From: Prevotella sp.
GTDB taxonomy: Bacteria > Bacteroidota > Bacteroidia > Bacteroidales > Dysgonomonadaceae
Reading direction: 5' to 3'
DNA: 64,000 nt
Assembly: GCA_031285625.1 (NCBI GenBank)
Contig: JAITVV010000084.1
Span: 83,791 to 147,790 of the forward strand
In this document: positions 53,439 to 60,944 of the stretch, one piece after another
Position numbering within the stretch: position 1 is the stretch's first letter
Layout of the letters: each line of letters opens with the position of its first letter
Notes under the pieces: model-generated
Databases searched by the model: none
Told to the model about the DNA's origin: nothing
What the model saw: only the letters and a program-made list of their open reading frames with translations
Translations under genes and position numbers: made by a program

Positions 53439-53497
53439 AAGCAGGTTCATTACCTGCTTTTTTATTTACAAAAAAAAAGGTGGACATGTCCACCTTT
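53439..53497. terminator. Terminators between convergent genes, including palindrome copy 2
   Basis: AAGCAGGT-tcatt-ACCTGCTT plus T-run; AAAGGTGGACATGTCCACCTTT at 53476-53497. Confidence 0.75.
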
Positions 53498-53532
53498 AAA
53501 AAACTACTACTTTAAATTACCAAGTTAAAGTA

Positions 53533-53919
53533 TTACAATGAAATTGAAATATTAAGTAGTTTTTTACTCATATCCTCTAAACCAAATTTTAATTGTATTT
53601 TTTCCTCATTAGTTAATTTTGCAGCCTTACCATTAACTTTATTCCTGTTTAAGCGTTGGGATAAATATGAACGTGATTTACCCAAATACTTTTCAGCTAA
53701 ATAAGTTAGAGATATGCCATTATTGGATAATTCTAATAATGATACTTCAAAAGATATATCTTCAACCTTATCTTTAATTATACTAAGGCTTTTCATAACA
53801 TCATCATCAGAATCATTCTTATGTTTAGTCTTCAATTGTTGAACTAATAATTGTCGTTCTTCATCAGTTTTACAAGCTCTTAATAATTCCAATTCTTCTT
53901 CTATAATATTCTTCTTCAT
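53533..53919 (-). CDS. HTH protein (DUF5053-like), putative antitoxin/regulator
   Basis: ISLTYLAEKYLGKSRSYLSQRLN...NGK.AKLT.EE. Confidence 0.75.
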   Translation of the reverse strand: MKKNIIEEELELLRACKTDEERQLLVQQLKTKHKNDSDDDVMKSLSIIKDKVEDISFEVSLLELSNNGISLTYLAEKYLGKSRSYLSQRLNRNKVNGKAAKLTNEEKIQLKFGLEDMSKKLLNISISL

Positions 53920-53964
53920 AATAATTTTAATATTAAAAGCACCCCAATTAAGGGGTGCAAATTT

Positions 53965-54141
53965 TTAACCTTTTAATTCTTTTAATCTCTTTTTAATTTC
54001 ATTTATTTCATCTAAAATACTATCAATGTAATCAGTGTAATCTTTTGAACCACTTAGTTTATCATTTGATGTATGAATTTCAATAATCAATTCATAATCT
54101 CTAATTAGTTGTTCCAACCTTCCAATTTCATTTTTCATCAT
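53965..54141 (-). CDS. Small 58-aa coiled-coil protein (below ORF-track cutoff)
   Basis: MMKNEIGRLEQLIRDYELIIEIH...KKRLKELKG*, directly downstream of a promoter. Confidence 0.65.
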   Translation of the reverse strand: MMKNEIGRLEQLIRDYELIIEIHTSNDKLSGSKDYTDYIDSILDEINEIKKRLKELKG

Positions 54142-54179
54142 TTCAAAGAATTTATTAATACTTGTTTAACTTGGTATTA

Positions 54180-54211
54180 CAAATATAATAACGTTTTCGT
54201 TATTATGCAAG
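54180..54211 (-). promoter_or_regulatory. Host-sigma promoter with overlapping palindromic operator
   Basis: Minus strand CTTG-20nt-TATATTTG; ATAATAACG-N4-CGTTATTAT at 54185-54206. Confidence 0.7.
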
Positions 54212-54258
54212 CATTTCATAATATTTTTTTCAATATCAATAATTAAAAATTTATAATT

Positions 54259-54714
54259 ATGAAAATAGAATTAAAAAGAATATACAAGTGTGCAAAATAT
54301 ACTATAGGTCATTTATTCATTGATGGTGAATATTTTTGTGATACCATTGAAGATTGTGACAGAGGATTAGATGATAGTATGTCATTGGAACAAATTAAGG
54401 CAAAAAAAATATATGCTGAAACAGCTATTCCGACAGGTATATATACTGTAAGTATTGGTATTGTTTCCCCAAAATTTTCTCAAAAACCTTTTTATAAAGA
54501 ATTTTGTGATGGTAGAGTACCAAGATTATTAAATGTAAAAGGCTTTGATGGGATATTAATGCATATTGGTTTGAATGAAAGAAGTTCAGCAGGATGTATA
54601 ATAGTTGGTGAGAATAAAATAAAAGGTCAAGTAATCAACTCTCAGGCAACATTTGAAAGATTTTATGAAAAATTGAAAGAGGTAACCGATACAATAATGA
54701 TTGAAATTAAATAA
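54259..54714 (+). CDS. Putative endolysin (DUF5675-like)
   Basis: YTIG.L.IDG..FCDTIED, TAIP.G.Y, GILMH.G....SAGCIIVG. Confidence 0.75.
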   Translation: MKIELKRIYKCAKYTIGHLFIDGEYFCDTIEDCDRGLDDSMSLEQIKAKKIYAETAIPTGIYTVSIGIVSPKFSQKPFYKEFCDGRVPRLLNVKGFDGILMHIGLNERSSAGCIIVGENKIKGQVINSQATFERFYEKLKEVTDTIMIEIK

Positions 54715-54919
54715 TAGGGTTGAAAGGAATTTGTATTTAATAGATATACAAGTATGACAAATTGACAGTGGTCATATAAAATACATATATTATTAAATAT
54801 CAACATATTAACCTGAATAAAACTAAGTTAAAATAAACAATTGGTATCTCCTTATTTTAACCACTGTTAAAGATATATGAAAATTTGTCAGTTAAATTTT
54901 CATTATATACCTTTGTAAC

Positions 54920-55143
54920 ATCAAATTTGAATTAGTTGTAAGATTTAATTTGATAGGTCAAGTTCCACCACTGAACAACCTTAATTTAATTGATAATAGA
55001 TAATAGTGGTACTATCCATTATCAGTTAAATGAAAAAAATTAAAAACATTCTATTTAGTACATTAAAGTGTATGCTGTAATATAGCATATAGGGGACACT
55101 TTGTCTCAAAATTAAAATAGTAATAACAGTGGAGTAACCCCAC
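54920..55143 (+). ncRNA. Structured leader RNA with predicted kissing loops
   Basis: Promoter TTTG(54884)-20nt-TACCTTTG(54908); five hairpins; loops ACCACT and AGTGGT are complementary. Confidence 0.5.
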
Positions 55144-55160
55144 ATAAATTAAAAAACAAA

Positions 55161-55748
55161 ATGAAAAAAAATACATTATCAACAGAAATATTAAATTATA
55201 TCACAAAAGCAGTATCAAAAACTTGTACACCAACCCAATTTATGAAATTATTTGATTTATCTTCTTATACAGATATATCAAAGAATGATGTTGAAGAATG
55301 GGAAATGTTCCACCACGAAGTTTATCATACATACTATAACCTATGGATAGCACAATTTGATACAACAAAGGATGCAGAAGATATTGTTGATAAATTAACA
55401 GCATTAGAATATAAAGAAGTTATCACCAACTATATTAATTCAGAATTGGATGATTATGAAAGTTTTAATCATTGGGCTATGGATTGGTATTTAATCAAGA
55501 ATGGTTTTGATGTTGATGAATTGGTTAATAAGATGGTTAACTTGGCAATCTTGAATGATGATAATAAGGTTGAATATCAATATATGCCTTTTGATGCTGT
55601 TGCTGATGAGTGTATGGATATATTCATTGATGACTACAACTTTGACAGAGAGATAGCTTGGTACAAAGCCTATGGTGTAATTGGAGATATTTTTGAAGGA
55701 TTTTCAAAAATTATAAAAAGTCAAAAAATATCAACTTTTGCTTTTTGA
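55161..55748 (+). CDS. Phage hypothetical protein (acidic, helical)
   Basis: 195-aa ORF with A-rich start and downstream hairpins. Confidence 0.75.
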   Translation: MKKNTLSTEILNYITKAVSKTCTPTQFMKLFDLSSYTDISKNDVEEWEMFHHEVYHTYYNLWIAQFDTTKDAEDIVDKLTALEYKEVITNYINSELDDYESFNHWAMDWYLIKNGFDVDELVNKMVNLAILNDDNKVEYQYMPFDAVADECMDIFIDDYNFDREIAWYKAYGVIGDIFEGFSKIIKSQKISTFAF

Positions 55749-55854
55749 AACCCTTTACTGATAAGGGTTTTGAGAGTACCCCTTGTCCTGAGCAAGACAA
55801 GGGTTTTTATTTTTTTTTGTAAGTTGGAATATAAATTTAACAGCAAAAAATAAT

Positions 55855-56150
55855 ACTACCCCTAGTTCAATTTTTGGACTACATTAAATAACTATATATA
55901 AAATATAATATTATATATAATATAAATTATAAATAATAAGAAAATCTCTTAAGAGATTTTCAATATATAAATAATATAAATATTAATATATTATATTTTA
56001 AATTTAAAAAACAATTTTTTTTTAATTATTTTTCAAAAAAAATTAAATTATAAATATAAAAAATCACTTGAGGTGATTTTTCTTTTTTTAATTTATTATT
56101 TCAATATTAAATTTTTAAATATTATGTTCTCGCTCTTTAAGGCTCGAACA
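55855..56150. other. Candidate phage replication origin
   Basis: TAGTTCAA-ttt-TTGGACTA inverted repeat, then ~230 bp almost pure A/T with short palindromes, upstream of initiator-like gene. Confidence 0.4.
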
Positions 56151-56370
56151 TCCAATCATAAGATAATGTTAATAAAACTAAAATAAACCACCTCATAGGC
56201 TCACAGTTGAATTATTATCTAAAAGTGGATAAATCCTTCAACTTGAATCTTATAGTGTCTTAAATCGCTTTAAAATCAGCCTTACTGTGTTAACGAATGT
56301 TATACAAAAAAAGATTAAAAAAAGTTACAAAATCCTTTGGATATTCCAAAATAAAGTAGTAAATTTGTAT

Positions 56371-56489
56371 TGTGATTGGTTGAGATGTATAACACAAACT
56401 TCCAATCATATCAAAGCGAAAAGTAATCAAAAACATTATGAGTATATCCCGATTAGTAATAGTCGGGAGATATACATAATGTTTTTTTT
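56371..56489 (+). ncRNA. Candidate small RNA (~120 nt)
   Basis: TTTG(56336)-20nt-TAAATTTG(56360) promoter, 5' hairpin, long terminal hairpin and T-run. Confidence 0.45.
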
Positions 56490-56688
56490 ATTCTTACTGA
56501 GGTGACATTAAAAAAATATGTTGTAAAACATATGAAAATAAATTAACCAAAAGTGAATTTTTGCAAAGTATTATATATTTATAATTATAAGGGGAAGCAA
56601 ACGAGCTTCCAAGACAAAATAAAAAAATGTAAAAATATTTTAAATTACGTTAAACCTTTTTACATTTCAATAGTCTAAGTAATATAAC

Positions 56689-56883
56689 AAGTTTGATAAC
56701 AATGGTGATTGTTTTTTTTTATTTCATTTGATTATTCCAATCACCATTCAAACTTAAAATATAATATTGATAGGTAAGTACAACCGAAAAAGGGTAGGTT
56801 TCTTGCATATTTTTTCTACCCTTTCAATATTTTAAAGATTATAGGTAATGCAAGAAAAAATAAAAAGTAGTATAATAAAATAA
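56689..56883 (+). promoter_or_regulatory. Structured leader with pseudoknot and 11-aa uORF (56848-56883)
   Basis: Stem 56789-56798/56815-56824; loop TTTCTTGCAT pairs with ATGCAAGAAA at 56848-56857. Confidence 0.55.
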
Positions 56884-56885
56884 AT

Positions 56886-58019
56886 ATGCAACCAACAATT
56901 AATCAATCAACAACAGAAAAGGGGTTCAACACCTATTTCGCAAACAATTTAACTGTGATAAAAGATAACGCACTTTACAAGGTATTATTCAAGCTAACAA
57001 GCTTGCAAATGAAAGAATATAACAAAGCGGTGAAGAATAACTTAACAACTGATAATATAACATTTCAATACTCTCTTAATGAGTTTAGAATGGATTTACA
57101 AATGGGTAAATCAACCATCATCAAAAAGTTAGATATACTTAGTTCTGTTAAACTATTAACCATTACTAAGAATTGTGATGAAAAGAATAGTTACCAATTG
57201 AATATAAACAAGTTAAATGAAATTGTATCAAAACTAAATGGAATGAGAAGATTACAACGTATTGAATATATTAATTCAATATTTGGTGTAACCACTTCCA
57301 AATCATTTACAAAGATTGATGAAGGTAAATTTGGTAATGAAACTTCAACACCTAAATATGCTGCATCATCAGCAGCACCAAAACAAACTTCTATTATCAT
57401 TCCTCTTACCAAAGAGGACGAACAAGAAGTTGCAGTAAATAATATGGTAGAACAAATGAAAAACCTTAATACAAACGAAGATATGACATTAAAACAAATG
57501 AATATTGCCTTAAATGTTGCAGAACAACAACAAGCAATAAAAGAAGATATTGAACAAAACTTCATTGAAGAAATGATAACAAATGAATTACCAATTGAAG
57601 ATAACAAAGTAATCAATGACCAAATAATAGTCGAAGAAATTGTTGCACAAATTGAAGATGAATATAATGTCAAGAACATTAAACCAAATAATACCATAAA
57701 TAAACATAGTAATGGTTCAATCTTTGATTATTTATTTAAACAAGTCGAGGCAAAACAAATGACAGTTAATGAAGTAAATAAATATATAAAAGAAAAAGAA
57801 TCAGAAATTTTAGGTTCACCAACATTACCTGATTGGGATGTAACTGATGAAGAAGATAATCAAGAAAAAAGATTGAAAGAACAAAAAGCAAAACTTCATT
57901 CAATGTACTATGATGATGAGGATTTTGGTGAAGATGTTGATTTTTTTGATTATGGTGATAAGAGAGCTAATGCAATTATAAATGCTTACCCCGAAGAACG
58001 GGTTGATATATGGTTATAA
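56886..58019 (+). CDS. Putative replication initiator (winged-HTH N-terminus)
   Basis: FQYSLNEFRMDLQMGKSTIIKKLDIL...LL...KNSYQLN HTH-like segment; low-complexity C-half. Confidence 0.5.
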   Translation: MQPTINQSTTEKGFNTYFANNLTVIKDNALYKVLFKLTSLQMKEYNKAVKNNLTTDNITFQYSLNEFRMDLQMGKSTIIKKLDILSSVKLLTITKNCDEKNSYQLNINKLNEIVSKLNGMRRLQRIEYINSIFGVTTSKSFTKIDEGKFGNETSTPKYAASSAAPKQTSIIIPLTKEDEQEVAVNNMVEQMKNLNTNEDMTLKQMNIALNVAEQQQAIKEDIEQNFIEEMITNELPIEDNKVINDQIIVEEIVAQIEDEYNVKNIKPNNTINKHSNGSIFDYLFKQVEAKQMTVNEVNKYIKEKESEILGSPTLPDWDVTDEEDNQEKRLKEQKAKLHSMYYDDEDFGEDVDFFDYGDKRANAIINAYPEERVDIWL

Positions 58020-58023
58020 GATT

Positions 58024-58275
58024 ATGCCACGATTATCATTTAAAGGTTGCTTAAATGCTCCATTCATTAAAGTAGAACATTATAGAGATAATACCTATTT
58101 GAAAGTTATAAGGACAAATTTAAACGATTATGAACTTAATAAGCTAACCAACCTTATAACTTACCTGACTGATAAGTATCACTCAAGGATAAAGTTAGAA
58201 CCAAAGAAGATTATTATAAAAAAAGAAAATAATATACAATTAGAAAAATTTAAAAAGATAATTATAAATAAATAA
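58024..58275 (+). CDS. Phage hypothetical protein
   Basis: Fills gap between adjacent genes; ATG 4 nt after upstream stop. Confidence 0.55.
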   Translation: MPRLSFKGCLNAPFIKVEHYRDNTYLKVIRTNLNDYELNKLTNLITYLTDKYHSRIKLEPKKIIIKKENNIQLEKFKKIIINK

Positions 58276-58284
58276 ATAAATCAA

Positions 58285-58746
58285 ATGAAAAAATTATTTA
58301 CACTCACTTTACTTGTCATCACATTGTTTACAGCAACAACAACTTTTACATCTTGCTCGAAAGATGATGATGTATTTCAACTTAATGGAGTTATGGAAGA
58401 TGAAATTGATATTACATATTTAAATCAATTTGAATCTGATGAGGCTGAATATGAATTTCTCATCAACAAATATAATATTACCCCCGAACTAAGAGAACTA
58501 TTAACAAAGATAGGTGGACAGGGACAAGTGAAAGGAGAAATAACTGATGTTAATGTTATAAAGGAATGGGTGAATAAAGATAAACCAATTCATTTCAAAT
58601 TTAATAAAAATACATACAACCCCAAAAATTACCACATAATTAAATATAATCACTATTATCACTATCCAATGAATAATTATACTGAAGATGGTGAATATGA
58701 TTTAATATTCTTACCCATTGATGTTATATGTAAATGGACTTGGTAA
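58285..58746 (+). CDS. Phage-encoded lipoprotein, probably surface-exposed
   Basis: Signal peptide II FTSC followed by acidic SKDDD. Confidence 0.8.
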   Translation: MKKLFTLTLLVITLFTATTTFTSCSKDDDVFQLNGVMEDEIDITYLNQFESDEAEYEFLINKYNITPELRELLTKIGGQGQVKGEITDVNVIKEWVNKDKPIHFKFNKNTYNPKNYHIIKYNHYYHYPMNNYTEDGEYDLIFLPIDVICKWTW

Positions 58747-58818
58747 TAACAATATAATAGTTATCCATCTATATTAAAATGGTTAAATAGATTTCATATT
58801 GTGTTTTGTTATTTGTTG

Positions 58819-58850
58819 CAACCCCTGCCTGTGATAGGTCGGGGTTTTGT
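58819..58850 (+). terminator. Intrinsic terminator
   Basis: AACCCC-t-GCCTG-tga-TAGGT-c-GGGGTT then T-rich. Confidence 0.65.
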
Positions 58851-58883
58851 TATTAATTATCAATATGATAAATTAATAATGTT

Positions 58884-59360
58884 ATGAAGGAAAGAATCAT
58901 TTATATATCAATTATACTTGTATTATTGACTAAATTACATTTAAATAATGATGTTATAACCACAACAACTACAACTACAACCACAATAGATACACTATAT
59001 ATAACTGATTCCATTATAATCAACAAACCACAATATATAGATAAGTACATCACACATCATATAACTGATACACTATACTCAGTTGATAGTATATTAGTTC
59101 CTGTACATATTCCAATCGAAACAGCAATATATTCTGATTCAACATCAACATATAAATATAAGGCACAAATAAGCGGATATAACCCATCATTAGATAAATT
59201 GGATATATATACTACCACACCACAATATAATTCAACCACGATAATCAAACAGGGTAAACCAAAGAAGTTTTCCTTATCTGTTGGGGTAGGTTATCAACCA
59301 TTCAATAATCATTCAATCGGACCAACTATTACAGTTGGTTACAATATTTTTTCATTTTAA
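58884..59360 (+). CDS. Spanin-like lysis accessory protein
   Basis: N-terminal TM, DTLY..PIE..Y.A.ISGY.PSLD core, C-terminal amphipathic strands ending in F; TATCAATA at 58858-58865. Confidence 0.5.
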   Translation: MKERIIYISIILVLLTKLHLNNDVITTTTTTTTTIDTLYITDSIIINKPQYIDKYITHHITDTLYSVDSILVPVHIPIETAIYSDSTSTYKYKAQISGYNPSLDKLDIYTTTPQYNSTTIIKQGKPKKFSLSVGVGYQPFNNHSIGPTITVGYNIFSF

Positions 59361-59573
59361 AATATTTTAAATAAGTATTTACTTTTTCATCTATTCTTAT
59401 ATCTTTTATATATAACATATAATTTTTTTTTACAAAAAACTTAACTTTTTAAAAGTTGATGATATTTATATATAAAGGGAATATAATGAATACAGATTAT
59501 AAATATTTAATTCTTCTCTATCTCTTGGAAGAATTATTTGAAGATGGTGAAGAACCTGATAAAGAATAAAAAA

Positions 59574-60157
59574 ATGAAAAAGAAGTGGTACAATTTAAAT
59601 CGAAACAAGATGAAATAAATGATAAACTGAATAGTCTATGTCCTGACTATAATGATAGAATTAGGGTACAGGAATATATAAGCAGAAGCATTATAAGTAA
59701 TTATTATCTTATACCAAGGGGAACAAATAAAGAACAAATAGTATATACACCATTGGATAATGATTACTATGATATAGGCATACCTTCAACACAGACAAGC
59801 ATAGAAGTGAAAGAACGTTCTTCTATCTATGATGGAAGACTTATAATAGAGGAAAAAAAGTTCATTAATCTAATGATGCAACGTAAGCCATACTATATTA
59901 ATTACTCATTGGACGGTAATACCATATACACATTTGACCTTAATATACAAGATATACAAGATATACCAACAGAGATATTAACCTGCAACGATATAACATA
60001 TAAATCATCGACAGATAAAATAGAAAAAAAAGTTAAATACTTACCAAAAGAGTTAGCATATACTTATACCGTTAATCAACCATTTATTAATATCAAATAT
60101 GATTATGTTAAACGATTAACAATTGAAAATATAAACAAGAAAATTTTAAAAAAATAA
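59574..60157 (+). CDS. PD-(D/E)xK nuclease-like protein; start ambiguous or frameshifted
   Basis: YD......IEVKER motif; well-placed ATG 59574 is one base out of frame with ORF from GTG 59585. Confidence 0.6.
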
Positions 60158-60795
60158 TGAAACAAAATAAAACAAGATATAACTATGGTGGATGTGGCAG
60201 GGATGGACACAATAATAAAGGCAAAACATATATTAACTATGAAGATGACTATATACCATCCCCCGAAGATATGCAACGATGTGATGAATTTAAATTATGG
60301 TTCAATAATAATTATAATGAAATCAAATCAAATCTAATTGATAAAGGTAAATATAATGAGGACACGATAATTAATACATTCCTTAAACTATATCGTATAT
60401 TGGAACGCGGACATATTATAAATAATTATAGAACATATTGGAATACAGCGTATTTCACTAATATTTTTAATGAAACCATCAAAACTTCAAAATATAATAA
60501 CAGAATGGAATATATAGGTGATAATGGTGAACAATATGATGGAATAGATTATAATGACAATGGTGAAGAACAATATGATGAACTAATTCATCAAATTGAT
60601 GAATGGTTAAATGATAATGTAACAGATGTGATTGAAAGGGAGATATTCATCATATATATCAATACTAAGTATGATACCAACTATAAGATGACCTACACAA
60701 GACTATCACAACTAACAGGTGTTGATGAAAATAAAATTAAAGAAATAATACCAAGAATAAAAAAACAAATAAAAGATAAATTTAAAAAAATATGA
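60157..60795 (+). CDS. Sigma-factor-like phage protein
   Basis: Region-2-like EDTIINTFLKL and region-4-like EREIF....MTYTRLSQLTGV...IK..I.RIK HTH. Confidence 0.65.
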   Translation: MKQNKTRYNYGGCGRDGHNNKGKTYINYEDDYIPSPEDMQRCDEFKLWFNNNYNEIKSNLIDKGKYNEDTIINTFLKLYRILERGHIINNYRTYWNTAYFTNIFNETIKTSKYNNRMEYIGDNGEQYDGIDYNDNGEEQYDELIHQIDEWLNDNVTDVIEREIFIIYINTKYDTNYKMTYTRLSQLTGVDENKIKEIIPRIKKQIKDKFKKI

Positions 60796-60944
60796 TGACA
60801 TTAATATTATTAATTATAATTAATATAATAGGCTACACAATAGGCTATGTTGCAACTGAAACTAAATTTAGATTTGTTGACTACTTCCCAAATTTAAATT
60901 TTAAACCATTTAATTGCAGACCCTGTTTCACATTTTGGACAATC
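60792..60944 (+). pseudogene. Truncated phage membrane protein with CxxC
   Basis: TM then FKPFNCRPCFTFW; runs into host antisense sequence at the junction. Confidence 0.65.

Larger units (their letters stand above)
28053..60939. mobile_element. Defective siphovirus-like prophage (~33 kb)
   Basis: Abrupt AT enrichment; serine integrase, tail, capsid, portal, lysis and replication genes; both flanking host genes truncated. Confidence 0.93.

Noticed and set aside
56287-56505. 72-aa ORF
   Set aside because: Spans a promoter and hairpins; better explained as non-coding RNA
28053-60939. Alternative genetic code in the prophage
   Set aside because: Genes read as long ORFs in code 11; the breaks seen are frameshifts or one TAA
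28053-60939. Domesticated gene transfer agent or tailocin
   Set aside because: Integrase and replication genes retained, composition unlike host, lesions in tail genes; a grounded prophage is simpler
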